From NCBI RefSeq assembly GCF_050873365.1, contig NZ_JBNMIQ010000016.1:1682-65681 (forward strand): a DNA stretch of 64,000 nt. Reading direction: 5' to 3'. This DNA comes from Brotaphodocola sp. (GTDB lineage: Bacteria; Bacillota; Clostridia; Lachnospirales; Lachnospiraceae). The translations under genes and the position numbers were made by a program. Below the pieces are notes generated by a model. It was not told the DNA's origin. It did no database searches and saw nothing but the letters and a program-made list of their open reading frames with translations. How positions within the stretch are numbered: the stretch's first letter is position 1; the number at the start of each line of letters is the position of its first letter. This document shows positions 1 through 9,196 of this stretch, piece by piece.

Positions 1-251
1 CTGAGCATTTTTCCGTTGATCGCAAGTGCAATCACATAGGCACCGTCCTTGACGTGTGCCAGAATCCGCTCCCCCTCCTTCTTCTTGATCTGCTCATTTT
101 GCAGATCACTCGCCTTATCCGGTGTCTTCTCATCTGCGACCTGAACAATCTCAAGTTTGCAGTAACGACTCAGTCGTTTCTGGTATTCTGCAATCGCATC
201 CGAGAAGAATTTTTCCTTGATTTTTCCAACTGCAATTACTGTAATCTTCAT
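1..251 (-). CDS. rlmH: 23S rRNA (pseudouridine1915-N3)-methyltransferase RlmH, N-terminal part (gene runs off the left edge)
   Basis: Own translation of the minus strand from ATG at 251 gives MKITVIAVGKIKEKFFSDAIAEYQKRLSRYCKLEIVQVADEKTPDKASDLQNEQIKKKEGERILAHVKDGAYVIALAINGKML..., a typical SPOUT RlmH N-terminus. There is an ATGA overlap with the stop of the upstream esterase gene. It is absent from the ORF track because the window edge truncates it. Confidence 0.8.
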   Translation of the reverse strand, partial: MKITVIAVGKIKEKFFSDAIAEYQKRLSRYCKLEIVQVADEKTPDKASDLQNEQIKKKEGERILAHVKDGAYVIALAINGKML

Positions 252-1228
252 CTCTTTTTCCGTCTGCGGTTGGAACGCACCAACCGCACCTTTCGTCCCT
301 CTTCCGTTCTCTCAACTCCGTAAACGATCTCCAAAAATCGCCCTGCCTCCTCCCACGCCTCACGGCTTTCCGGGATCAGGCGAAGCGCCATCTGGAATAC
401 ATGAAACATTCCGTCATAGACAGAGATCCGAAGCTTTCTGTGTGCCTCCCTGAGTTTCTGGGCGACTGTCAGCGAATCACTCAGCAGAACTTCCTCGCTT
501 CCGACCTGAATCAGCGTCGGCGGAAAGTCCGCAAAATCTCCAAACATCGGGGAGAGATACGGATCTCGCGGATCAGCATCCCCGATGTAACTGCTGTCGT
601 GCAACATGTTGTCGGTCGTTCCGCCAAACTGCGGATCTCTGTGGAAATTCGTCTCATGGCTCTCCCCACTGCAAGTCAAATCTGCCCACGGCGACATCAC
701 GAGAACACCGGCAGGCAAGGAAAGTGCATGATCGCGCAGATACATCACAAGCGCGAGCGCAAGTCCTCCGCCCGCGGAATCCCCGGCAATTACAATGTCT
801 CTCGCTCGGTAATTCTTCTCCTTCATCAACCACTGGTACGCCGTCACGGCATCCTCAAGCGCACAGGGAAACGGATGCTTCGGAGCAACGCGGTAATCGA
901 TCGTCAACACATCTGCTCCCATGCTCCGCTGGGAATACTGCACGGCAAAATCGCGATAAATATTTTTCATCGGTCCGATGTAACCGCCCCCGTGAAGCTG
1001 GAGCACGACGCGACCGGTGCAGATTCCCGTCGGGCGCAGATATTCCATCTGGAAATTTTCCATCTCCACGATCTCATACTCGTACTCCGGCGGGCAGATC
1101 CACGCCGGCTCTACGGGATTCATCCGATACTCACCGGTCTGAAACTTGTGTCCCATTGCGGAATCCATCATATTTTTCATCATATCCCGCACCAGTTTCC
1201 CGCGCAGGCTCACTCGTTCTTCTCTCAT
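248..1228 (-). CDS. alpha/beta-hydrolase esterase/lipase (hormone-sensitive-lipase type)
   Basis: 326-aa ORF with an HGGGY oxyanion-hole motif and a GDSAGG nucleophile elbow. Confidence 0.85.
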   Translation of the reverse strand: MREERVSLRGKLVRDMMKNMMDSAMGHKFQTGEYRMNPVEPAWICPPEYEYEIVEMENFQMEYLRPTGICTGRVVLQLHGGGYIGPMKNIYRDFAVQYSQRSMGADVLTIDYRVAPKHPFPCALEDAVTAYQWLMKEKNYRARDIVIAGDSAGGGLALALVMYLRDHALSLPAGVLVMSPWADLTCSGESHETNFHRDPQFGGTTDNMLHDSSYIGDADPRDPYLSPMFGDFADFPPTLIQVGSEEVLLSDSLTVAQKLREAHRKLRISVYDGMFHVFQMALRLIPESREAWEEAGRFLEIVYGVERTEEGRKVRLVRSNRRRKKR

Positions 1229-1307
1229 GCTGTCTCTGTCTCTCTTCTCTGCTCTCTCAAATCCTGCCGAAACGTTTAATCAAAATGTTTAAACATCCAC
1301 ATTTTTT

Positions 1308-2777
1308 CTAAACATGGAATCTACGGCGAAGCTCTTCCTTCCAGTTTTCTTTTCCTCTGAGATAATCCCAAAGCCCCTTTGCGACATGCTCCCCGGTATG
1401 TCCGACTTTCTTTGCCATCCGCGTTGCGCGCTTCTCTCCGCCCTTCTGGATCACCCAGACTCGGCGAATTCGCGGATAATTGTCCCGCTTTCTCGCCCCG
1501 CTGAGTTCATTTCCCTCAAGGCGCACAGAGATTCCATCCTCCTTCATTTTCCGGAAGAAACGCTTCTGAATCCGGCTGTCCGCAAACACCGAGGTGAACG
1601 TCACCGTCATCTCATCCCCGTATGCACAGACACTGCACTTACACGGCTGTTTTCTTGAAACTCCGATCATAACCTGAAAACGCTCCACATCATCGGCGAA
1701 CTCGGAAAACTCAAGGTCCATCCGAATCGGTCCGATGTTCGAGAGCGTCATCGTGTACGCCCGATCCTTGAGACTGAAAATAAATCCAAGCGCAAGGCGT
1801 TTGATCACAAGCGGAATGATCCGCAGATACCATTTCTTCTCGTTTGAGACATTATAAGAAATGCTCTCCTCAAGACGCTCTTTCGTGATCTTCCGATCCA
1901 TCTGACGGCTGATCTTCTGAACAAGTTCATCAAACGTCATCTCGGGATCGCGAAACAGCCAGCCGATACTGCTGACCGCAAAAAAGTTCGCCATCGTATC
2001 TGATTGAAAAAATGCCCTCAAATTGATCGGAATATTCAAAACCACCGGTCTTCGATCTGCTTTTCCCTCAAGGTACTCCTGCCAGATTGACCAGATCAGA
2101 GCGGACGCAAGATACTTCGTCACCGTCACGCCATGCTTCTTTGCCACCGCCTTGACCTCTGCAACCTTCAGATAACCGTGGAGCACCTGACCACTTCCGA
2201 GCGGAAGAAAATGTCCCTCCATCCGAAATGCCGGCTTCGAGCTGTAACTTCGATGCTCCATCTCACGGTAATTTTCCAGATAGCTGTCCACAGTCTCAAA
2301 AATCTGCTCATCCGGCTTTTCCTCATCCTCCGGCATCCAGACTCCCGGCTCCTCCTTGACAAGCTCGAGATAGCGCGCCACCAGACTTCTCAAGAATCTC
2401 GCACATCCGAGTCCATCCGTCAGCGCATGAAAGACCTCCAGATTGATTCTGCATTTAAAATACGTCACGCGAAACAGAAAGCGCTGACTCCCATGCGGAT
2501 CTAAATAGCGACACGGGTATGTGCTCTCGCGCTGTACCTGCGGAATCCGGTCATTCTCCTCAAAATAATACCAGAAAAGTCCCCGGCGCAGTTTGACGCG
2601 AAACTCCCGAATATGAGGAAGAATATCCTCCAACGCCTTTTGAAGAAGCTCTGGCTGAACCTCCTCCTTCAAGACTGCGGAAATGCGAAACACCTGGCTC
2701 ATTCCCTCGTTCGCAATCACCGGAAAAATCTTCGCGGTATTATCTAATCTTCTCCATCTATGCCCTTTCTCTGCCAT
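1308..2777 (-). CDS. HxxxD-type acyltransferase (alcohol acetyltransferase / condensation-domain-like)
   Basis: 489-aa ORF. It has the FHALTDGLG (HxxxDG) catalytic motif in the N-terminal half, an overall resemblance to the clostridial alcohol-acetyltransferase-like family, a basic C-terminal tail and a TAG stop. Confidence 0.6.
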   Translation of the reverse strand: MAEKGHRWRRLDNTAKIFPVIANEGMSQVFRISAVLKEEVQPELLQKALEDILPHIREFRVKLRRGLFWYYFEENDRIPQVQRESTYPCRYLDPHGSQRFLFRVTYFKCRINLEVFHALTDGLGCARFLRSLVARYLELVKEEPGVWMPEDEEKPDEQIFETVDSYLENYREMEHRSYSSKPAFRMEGHFLPLGSGQVLHGYLKVAEVKAVAKKHGVTVTKYLASALIWSIWQEYLEGKADRRPVVLNIPINLRAFFQSDTMANFFAVSSIGWLFRDPEMTFDELVQKISRQMDRKITKERLEESISYNVSNEKKWYLRIIPLVIKRLALGFIFSLKDRAYTMTLSNIGPIRMDLEFSEFADDVERFQVMIGVSRKQPCKCSVCAYGDEMTVTFTSVFADSRIQKRFFRKMKEDGISVRLEGNELSGARKRDNYPRIRRVWVIQKGGEKRATRMAKKVGHTGEHVAKGLWDYLRGKENWKEELRRRFHV

Positions 2778-2849
2778 CTCAGGAGTCCCTTCTTTCTCAG
2801 ATTTATAAACACAGAGTGGATTCCCCCTCTGTGTTTCTCACACCCTATT

Positions 2850-2878
2850 ATTCTACGTTTGTCCTATGCCCATGTCAG
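2850..2878 (-). promoter_or_regulatory. candidate sigma-A promoter for the acyltransferase gene
   Basis: On the minus strand: CTGACA (2873-2878), a 17-nt spacer, then TAGAAT (2850-2855). A 10-bp leader hairpin (2807-2836) lies between it and the ATG at 2777. Confidence 0.5.
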
Positions 2879-2901
2879 ATTTTCGTTCGATGGGAAAATT
2901 G

Positions 2902-3034
2902 GTTACTGTTCAGAGGTAGGCACTTTTGGAAACGAAAGTGCCGTAAGATAACGCGGTGGTAGCGGGAATTTGCCGTATTTAAATGCGAAGCCACGGCAAA
3001 TTCCGTTACTGGGCACGTGCGCGTGAACAGTAAC
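2902..3034. mobile_element. 133-bp MITE-like / structured repeat element, copy 1
   Basis: Matches 15259-15391 at 130/133 positions. It has perfect 11-bp terminal inverted repeats (GTTACTGTTCA ... TGAACAGTAAC) and two perfect internal hairpins of 8 and 11 bp. The flanks are GAAAATTG and GAAAATGG (7/8 direct repeat). It has no credible coding capacity. Confidence 0.6.
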
Positions 3035-3047
3035 GAAAATGGGGAGG

Positions 3048-3746
3048 CTAGGCGCGGAAATAGTATCCCACGCCCCATTTTGTGTGCACATATCTCGGAT
3101 CGCTCGGGCTCGGCTCGATCTTCTCTCTCAGACGGCGCACATGAACATCCACGGTTCTCACATCGCCCGACTCGGACGCCTTGTTTCCCCACACAAGAGC
3201 AAGCAGGTTCTCTCTGCTGTACACCTTGTTCGGATTGCACACGAGAAGTTCGAGGAGGTCAAACTCCTTCGCAGTCAGATTGATCTCCTTCTCCCCGATA
3301 AAGACTCTGCGTCCCTCCCGGTCGAGTTTCAGATCGCCGGCACTGATCATCTTATTCTCCGGCTCGCTTGCCACTCGCGTCTTCTTCGCATTTCGGCGCA
3401 TGATCGCCTTGATGCGCGCCTTCACCTCGAGAATGTTGAACGGCTTTGTGATATAATCATCCGCGCCATACTCTAAGCCGAGGATCTTATCCATGTCTCC
3501 GCCCTTGGCAGTCAGCATGATGATCGGCATCTCCGAGAACTCCCGAATCGCCTGACACACCTCAAATCCATCAAACTTTGGAAGCATCACATCGAGCAGA
3601 ACCACATCGTATTCGGTCTGCTTTGCCAGATTGATCGCCTCTTCCCCATCGTAAGCACAATCCACTTCCCAGCCCTCATGCTCCAGACTGAAACGGATTC
3701 CTTTCACAATCAGTTTTTCATCATCCACTACCAAGATCTTTGCCAT
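3048..3746 (-). CDS. OmpR/PhoB-family response regulator (no adjacent kinase)
   Basis: 232 aa with a receiver domain (ILVVDDE, VVLLDVMLP) and a winged-helix output domain (VDVHVRRLREKIE, VHTKWGVGYYF). TAG stop. Confidence 0.9.
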   Translation of the reverse strand: MAKILVVDDEKLIVKGIRFSLEHEGWEVDCAYDGEEAINLAKQTEYDVVLLDVMLPKFDGFEVCQAIREFSEMPIIMLTAKGGDMDKILGLEYGADDYITKPFNILEVKARIKAIMRRNAKKTRVASEPENKMISAGDLKLDREGRRVFIGEKEINLTAKEFDLLELLVCNPNKVYSRENLLALVWGNKASESGDVRTVDVHVRRLREKIEPSPSDPRYVHTKWGVGYYFRA

Positions 3747-3899
3747 AATAATTTCCTCTACTCTTGCTCTTCATTCACTTTCTAAATCTCTAAATCAACA
3801 AATCAACGATTCCGATCATTCATTTCCTATCGTTTCTTTCGATGATCGAATCTCTGTCTATTTCTCAAAATTCCAGTCGACGGAAACGCAGTGTATTCC

Positions 3900-4778
3900 T
3901 CAGACGGTGATCTGATCTCTGATCTTTTCAAAGGTTGTCTCCTTGATGCCGGAGACTTTCTTGATCTCCTCAATCTTCTGGAATCCGCCGTGTTTCTCGC
4001 GGTAACGGATGATATCCTCCGCCCGCGCCGAGCCGATCCCTTTGAGCGTCATCAGTTCTTCCTTTGATGCGGTGTTGAGATTGACCTTTGCTGAAGTTGA
4101 CGCCGAGCCTGATCCCGTCTTTCCGACACCGACAGCACTTCCGGCGTTTCCAGCATTTGCTCCCCCTCCATCACCGGAGCCGTAGGAAATAAGCCCCTCC
4201 GGTGGGATCTGTCTGGACTGCACCTGTTCCCTGCTCGGGACAAAAATCTTCATCCCGTCGCAGATCTCATCTGCCAGATTCAGATACTCCCGCACTGCCT
4301 CATCGGTAAAACCGCCCGCCTGCTCGACCGCCTCGAAGATCCGCTGTCCCTCCTCCATGCAGTAGACTCCCGGACTTTCCACCTCGCCACACACATAGAC
4401 AAAACACTCTGATTTTGCCTCTTCGATCGCAGTTTCTGATACCGTTTTCAATGCAGTTTCCGGTGCATCTCTCGACGCATTCTCATTCTCCCCGGTTGCA
4501 GTCGCAGTCGCATCTTTTGCCGGATTTTCTTCCCCGGCTTTCGTGAGCGTTTCGCTTTCCGCTTTCTGCTTCGCTTCCGTGAGGGATTCTCCTCCCCGGT
4601 TCTGCTCATTCTCCGCCGTCTCATCATCCGGCGAGTCCGTCGAGGACAACGCGATCTCCATCGACACCTCCGATGCCCCACAACTGAACAGACATCCTGC
4701 GACGAGCAGAAACACTGCCAGAACCACCCACTTTAAGATTCCAGATACTCCCATCGGTTTTGATTCTTTTTGATTCAT
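3900..4778 (-). CDS. comEA: competence protein ComEA (helix-hairpin-helix DNA receptor)
   Basis: 292 aa with an N-terminal TM helix, an acidic low-complexity linker, an SLBB-like segment (VYVCGEVESPGVY) and a C-terminal HhH pair (NLNTASKEELMTLKGIGSARAEDII). RBS AAAGGAGAG lies before ATG 4778. Confidence 0.85.
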   Translation of the reverse strand: MNQKESKPMGVSGILKWVVLAVFLLVAGCLFSCGASEVSMEIALSSTDSPDDETAENEQNRGGESLTEAKQKAESETLTKAGEENPAKDATATATGENENASRDAPETALKTVSETAIEEAKSECFVYVCGEVESPGVYCMEEGQRIFEAVEQAGGFTDEAVREYLNLADEICDGMKIFVPSREQVQSRQIPPEGLISYGSGDGGGANAGNAGSAVGVGKTGSGSASTSAKVNLNTASKEELMTLKGIGSARAEDIIRYREKHGGFQKIEEIKKVSGIKETTFEKIRDQITV

Positions 4779-4969
4779 AAAATTCTCTCCTTTTCCGAGA
4801 GAATTCCAGATTCAGCCTAGCTCTATTCTACCGAAAGAAATCAGGAATTACAAGCCGAAAATCCTAACGAAATTCTTGAGTTTCCCTTTAGAAAATTCCA
4901 CCACCTTTGCACGAAGCGATTCCTTCCCCCCCTTTCAAATCAAAGAAACGAGCTCAAAGAAAAACTTTT

Positions 4970-5030
4970 CCATAAAACAAAAAGAGATAGAAAAACAGAT
5001 CCGATCGCTCTTTTCTGTCTTTCCATCTCT
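4970..5030 (-). terminator. rho-independent terminator after metH
   Basis: The minus-strand RNA forms a 17-bp stem (arms 5014-5030 and 4983-4999, two G-U pairs) followed by a U-rich tract (UUUUGUUUUAU). Confidence 0.7.
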
Positions 5031-5158
5031 TTTTCTCTTTTCTCTCTCATCTCATGGATTTTCAGGAATGAATTTCTTTCTGAATTTCTCTCTGAATCTC
5101 CCCATGATTTCCATAAACAATTTTACTGGAATAGGAGGGGAAATACCCACTCTGAGTT

Positions 5159-7615
5159 TTAGTTGATTCCAAACACACTCTCCGCGTAGTTGACCGAAGC
5201 CATTGCGTCCCGGCAGTACTGGTCTGCCCCCATCGTGTCTGCATACTCCTGAGTCAGGACAGCTCCACCGACCATGACTTTCGCCCACGGAGCAGAAACG
5301 CGAAGCTGGCGGATCGTCTCCTCCATGCTCGGAACCGTCGTCGTCATCAGCGCGCTGAGTCCAACAAGCATCACATGCTTCTCCACCGCCGTCTCCACGA
5401 TCAGCTCCGGCGGAACATCCTTTCCGAGATCGAGGACATCGTAGCTGTAATTCTCGAGCAGTACCTTGACGATGTTCTTTCCGATGTCGTGAATATCGCC
5501 CTTTACGGTTGCAAGGATGATCGTTCCCTTCTTCTCCTGCTGTTGTCCGCTCTTTGCCATCTTGTCCTTGATAACCTCAAATGCGGTCTTTGCGGCCTCC
5601 GCACTCATCAGAAGCTGAGGCAGGAAAAGTGTTCCCTTCTCAAATCCCTTACCGACCACATCAAGCGCCGGAATCATGCATCCGTTGATGACATCGAGCG
5701 GATCTTTCGTCTCAAGAAGCTCCTTGACTGCCACGCCCGCCTGATCTCTGAGTCCGCGGATGATGCTGTTTCCGAGAACTTCCTCTAAATCGCCGGAACC
5801 ACCGGCATTTCCAGATCCATCCGCTCCGCTCTTTGCCGTCTTGCCATCCGAGGAACGGACAACACTCTGACCGAGGCTGACTGCCGGCTGGTTGCCATAA
5901 ATGCTGATGTACTCTCCGCACTGCGGGTCGAGATCCATCAGGGCCTTGAAGCTGTAATACGCGCGCATCATCGCCTCAGAATTCGGGTTGATGATCGCCG
6001 CAGAAAGTCCATTCTGCATTGCCATCGTGAAGAAGGCTGAGTTGATGATCTCTCTCTGCGGGAGACCGAATGAGATGTTTGAGACACCGAGCACCGTATA
6101 ACCGTGAAGCTCATCGCGGACACGGCGCAGAGTCTCAAGCGTCGTGATTGCGCCCTGACTGTCGGAGCTGACGGTCAGACACAGCGCATCAATGATGATG
6201 TCCTCCGGCTCAATTCCGTACTCCGCAGCCGTCTTGTAGATCTTCTTTGCGACCTGAATTCGACCCTCCGCCGTCTCCGGGATTCCGCTCTCATCGAGCG
6301 CAAGGGCAACAACCACACCGCCGTACTTCTTCACAAGCGGGAAGATCGCATGCATCGACTCCTGCTTTCCGTTTACGGAGTTGATCAGCGCCTTTCCGTT
6401 GTAGACGCGAAGTGCCGCCTCCATCGCCTCGACATTTGTTGTATCCATCTGAAGCGGAAGCTCGACAATGCTCTGAAGCTCGCGAACCACCTCGACAAGC
6501 ATCGCCTTCTCATCGATCTCCGGAAGACCGACATTGACATCGAGCACATGGGCACCGTGATCCTGCTGGGTCACACCCTCGCGCAAAATGTACTCGAGGT
6601 TGTGGTCGCGGAGCGCCTGCTTGAACTTCGACTTTCCGGTCGGGTTGATGCGCTCTCCGATCAGCACCGGGCTCTTTCCGATCTCAACTGCCTTGCAAAA
6701 CGAGGAGATCACACTGCGGTGCTTTTTTACAACCGGAACCGGAGTCTTGTCCTTGCACAGCTCGACAACCCGGCGAATGTGTTCCGGGGTCGTTCCACAA
6801 CAACCACCGACAACGCGCGCACCCATGTCGACGATCTCAGAGAGGGCGTCCGCAAACTGCTCCGCATTGATGTCATAGACGGTCTCGCCGTTCTCACTTC
6901 TCGGAAGACCGGCATTCGGATTGACGATGACCGGAACCGAGGTGACTGCGAGCATATCTTTTAAGATTTCCTTCATCTGGATCGGACCGAGTCCACAGTT
7001 CATACCGATTGCGTCAACGCCGAGTCCCTCGAGCATTGCGACGATCGAAGCCGGAGTTCCGCCTGTCAGCAGTTTTCCCTTCTCATCAAATGTCACCGTC
7101 ACAAACACCGGGAGATCACAGTTCTCCTTTGCCGCAAGAACAGCCGCCTTCGTCTCATAGCTGTCGCTCATCGTCTCAATGATCACGAGATCCACGCCCT
7201 CACGCGCACCGATCCGAACGACCTGGCTGTAAAGCTCATACGCGTCCTCAAATGCGAGGTCGCCAAGCGGTTTGAGTAGTTTTCCGGTCGGTCCCATATC
7301 GAGGGCGACACAGGCATCTCTTCCGCTCAGTTCCACCGCTTTCTTTGCATTGCGAACAGCCGAAGTGATGACCGGATCAAGCTGATACTCCGTATTCTCA
7401 TTGTATTTGAGTGCATCGACACCGAACGTGTTTGTCGTCATAATGTCTGCACCTGCATCCAGATAGGCGCGGTGAATCTTCACCAGCTCCTCCGGATGTG
7501 TGATGTTCCAGATTCCCGGAAGTTCTCCCGGTTTCAGTCCCGCTGCCTGAAGCAGGCTTCCCATTCCACCGTCAAAGAAGCAAACCCGCTTCTGTATCTC
7601 CTGTAAAATATCCAT
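5159..7615 (-). CDS. metH: methionine synthase MetH, short form (Hcy-binding, pterin-binding and B12-binding domains; no activation domain)
   Basis: The ORF is open to 7729, but homology-type N-terminus MDILQEIQKRVCFFDGGMGS begins at ATG 7615, which is preceded by GAAGGGA. It has a homocysteine S-methyltransferase region, a pterin-binding region and a B12 motif (GDIHDIGKN). Alternative starts are at 7639 and 7687. Confidence 0.9.
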   Translation of the reverse strand: MDILQEIQKRVCFFDGGMGSLLQAAGLKPGELPGIWNITHPEELVKIHRAYLDAGADIMTTNTFGVDALKYNENTEYQLDPVITSAVRNAKKAVELSGRDACVALDMGPTGKLLKPLGDLAFEDAYELYSQVVRIGAREGVDLVIIETMSDSYETKAAVLAAKENCDLPVFVTVTFDEKGKLLTGGTPASIVAMLEGLGVDAIGMNCGLGPIQMKEILKDMLAVTSVPVIVNPNAGLPRSENGETVYDINAEQFADALSEIVDMGARVVGGCCGTTPEHIRRVVELCKDKTPVPVVKKHRSVISSFCKAVEIGKSPVLIGERINPTGKSKFKQALRDHNLEYILREGVTQQDHGAHVLDVNVGLPEIDEKAMLVEVVRELQSIVELPLQMDTTNVEAMEAALRVYNGKALINSVNGKQESMHAIFPLVKKYGGVVVALALDESGIPETAEGRIQVAKKIYKTAAEYGIEPEDIIIDALCLTVSSDSQGAITTLETLRRVRDELHGYTVLGVSNISFGLPQREIINSAFFTMAMQNGLSAAIINPNSEAMMRAYYSFKALMDLDPQCGEYISIYGNQPAVSLGQSVVRSSDGKTAKSGADGSGNAGGSGDLEEVLGNSIIRGLRDQAGVAVKELLETKDPLDVINGCMIPALDVVGKGFEKGTLFLPQLLMSAEAAKTAFEVIKDKMAKSGQQQEKKGTIILATVKGDIHDIGKNIVKVLLENYSYDVLDLGKDVPPELIVETAVEKHVMLVGLSALMTTTVPSMEETIRQLRVSAPWAKVMVGGAVLTQEYADTMGADQYCRDAMASVNYAESVFGIN

Positions 7616-7688
7616 GCGCTCTGTTTTCCCTTCTCTCATTAAGTTCAAGTCGACACTCGCATCCCACATCCCGTTGATCTGCGACATG

Positions 7689-8327
7689 TTATCTGCGATA
7701 TGCACAGTCCCGCTTCGCACAGACCTCACAGCCCTGTACGGTACAGTTTCTAGGCAGACGGCTCGCCCCGATCACCGCCGTCACGGATTTTGACGGCATC
7801 ATCAGAAGCGTATCTGTCAGATTGATTCCGATTCGCTTTCCCATCTCAAGCGCCGGTGCGATCTCGCGCTGGCACTCAAGCGGAAAATCCCCGTATCCGG
7901 GGCTGAAACGCGGGCGAAGATACCAGCCCTTCGCCTCGTAAGAATTCTTTAATTCCTGATTTTTTTCGTCGCAAAACGTCTCAAGCATCGCGACTGACGC
8001 CGCCTGCATCACGACTGCCTTGCTCATCTGAATCATATTATAGCGGTGCAGAAGGACATCCACCTTGCTTCCAAGTGTCGCCGCAAACAGAATGACTCTC
8101 TCACAGTCCCTGAGATTTCGCTCCAGACTCTTGCTTCTCGTCTGTAAAAATCCCATATCCAGGACGTGATCCTGAATCGAGAGCGGATACTCCTTCCACA
8201 TTGCCCGGGGAGACGCCATCTGCTCCAGCTCCCGCTCACATTCTTTGATCAATTCTTCTACATTTTCCGGAATCTCCTGTCCCCGATGCCCCAGATAGCG
8301 CAGGATCTCCCGCTCATTCCACTCCAT
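7689..8327 (-). CDS. stand-alone vitamin-B12-dependent methionine synthase activation-domain protein
   Basis: 212 aa lying between metF and the short metH. The sequence resembles the MetH reactivation (SAM-binding) module that is encoded separately in Clostridia and Thermotogae. Confidence 0.7.
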   Translation of the reverse strand: MEWNEREILRYLGHRGQEIPENVEELIKECERELEQMASPRAMWKEYPLSIQDHVLDMGFLQTRSKSLERNLRDCERVILFAATLGSKVDVLLHRYNMIQMSKAVVMQAASVAMLETFCDEKNQELKNSYEAKGWYLRPRFSPGYGDFPLECQREIAPALEMGKRIGINLTDTLLMMPSKSVTAVIGASRLPRNCTVQGCEVCAKRDCAYRR

Positions 8328-8338
8328 TGTCTCTGATC

Positions 8339-9196
8339 CTATTTCAGGATCTCAGACAGACTCGCCTGAATCTGCCGTGCCACATCCGGCTTATTCATCG
8401 AATAGACATGAATGCCGTTAACATGGTTTGCAAGAAGGTCAATGATCTGCTCGGTCGCATACGCGATTCCTGCCTGCTTCATCGCAGACGGATTGTCACC
8501 AAAACGGTCCACAATCGCCTTGAAGCGGGTCGGCATATACGTTCCGGACATCGAGAGAATTCTCTTAATCTGAGCCGCATTTGTCACCGGCATGATGCCT
8601 GCGATCACCGGAACCGTGATTCCCTTCTCGCGGATGCGGTAGAGATAATTGTAGAGGATGTTGTTGTCAAAGAACATCTGGGTCGTCACAAAGTCACAAC
8701 CTGCCTCAACTTTCTCCTTCAGATGCTGAATATCCTCGGACTTGTTTGCAGACTCGACATGACCTTCCGGATAGCAGGCCGCACCGATGCAGAAATCACC
8801 GGATTCCTTGATCTCGCGGATCAGCTGGGAAGCATACTGATAATCGTGCTCCACCTTTCCGTCCTTCGGAATATCTCCGCGGAGTGCAAGCACATTCTCA
8901 ATTCCGTGCTCCTTGAGCTTTCCAAGGACGGAATGAACCTTCTCCCGCGTGGAAGAAACGCAGGTCAGATGAGCAAGCGGAGTCACACCATGTGCCTGAA
9001 TTGCAGACGCAATGTCCACGGTGTAATCACTTGTTCCACCACCTGCACCGTAGGTAACGCTCATGAACGCCGGATTCAGCTCTGCAATCTCGAGTGCAGC
9101 CTTCTCCACAGAATCAAATTTATCTTCCGTCTTCGGCGGAAATACCTCAAATGACAGAGTTGGTTTGCCCTCTGCCAGAATATCTCTGATTTTCAT
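8339..9196 (-). CDS. metF: 5,10-methylenetetrahydrofolate reductase
   Basis: 285 aa carrying the MTHFR family signatures LSFEVFPPKT and SVTYGAGGGTS. Confidence 0.9.
   Translation of the reverse strand: MKIRDILAEGKPTLSFEVFPPKTEDKFDSVEKAALEIAELNPAFMSVTYGAGGGTSDYTVDIASAIQAHGVTPLAHLTCVSSTREKVHSVLGKLKEHGIENVLALRGDIPKDGKVEHDYQYASQLIREIKESGDFCIGAACYPEGHVESANKSEDIQHLKEKVEAGCDFVTTQMFFDNNILYNYLYRIREKGITVPVIAGIMPVTNAAQIKRILSMSGTYMPTRFKAIVDRFGDNPSAMKQAGIAYATEQIIDLLANHVNGIHVYSMNKPDVARQIQASLSEILK

Noticed and set aside
401-1279. Long antisense ORFs opposite well-supported genes: 401-1279, 6104-6964, 8327-9154, 10161-11006, 14431-15150, 17076-17741, 31354-32373, 33830-34546, 41409-42131, 47278-48006, 48843-49562, 52616-53242, 57853-58776, 63202-63783
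   Set aside because: Each lies fully inside a gene on the other strand that has clear family motifs. Their translations are R/S/L/H-rich with no recognisable domains. This is typical of frame -1/-3 shadow ORFs.
2902-3034. Idea that the 133-nt element is a CoA-related riboswitch (it precedes an acyl-CoA-type acyltransferase and coaBC on the minus strand)
   Set aside because: In both cases a good candidate promoter lies between the element and the gene, so it would not be in the leader. The 97.7% identity, TIRs and 8-bp flanking repeats fit mobility better than independent conservation of an aptamer.
2902-3034. Integron attC site (ends GTTACTG / CAGTAAC resemble core and inverse core)
   Set aside because: The order of the core-like motifs is the reverse of attC (RYYYAAC ... 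GTTRRRY). There is no integron integrase or cassette array, and the flanking 8-bp duplications are not an attC feature.
2875-3240. ORFs 2875-3240 and 15211-15537 share the peptide LLFTRTCPVTEFAVASHLNTANSRYH.VILRHFRFQKCLPL
   Set aside because: The shared peptide is simply the translation of the 133-bp repeat element. Outside the element the two ORFs are unrelated, and one overlaps the response-regulator gene. They are not conserved protein genes.
4859-4874. 16-nt exact match AAATCCTAACGAAATT with 22614-22629
   Set aside because: About one or two 16-mer coincidences are expected by chance among all pairs in 64 kb on both strands. The two contexts differ (comEA upstream region versus the 3' end of a gene), and no flanking similarity exists.
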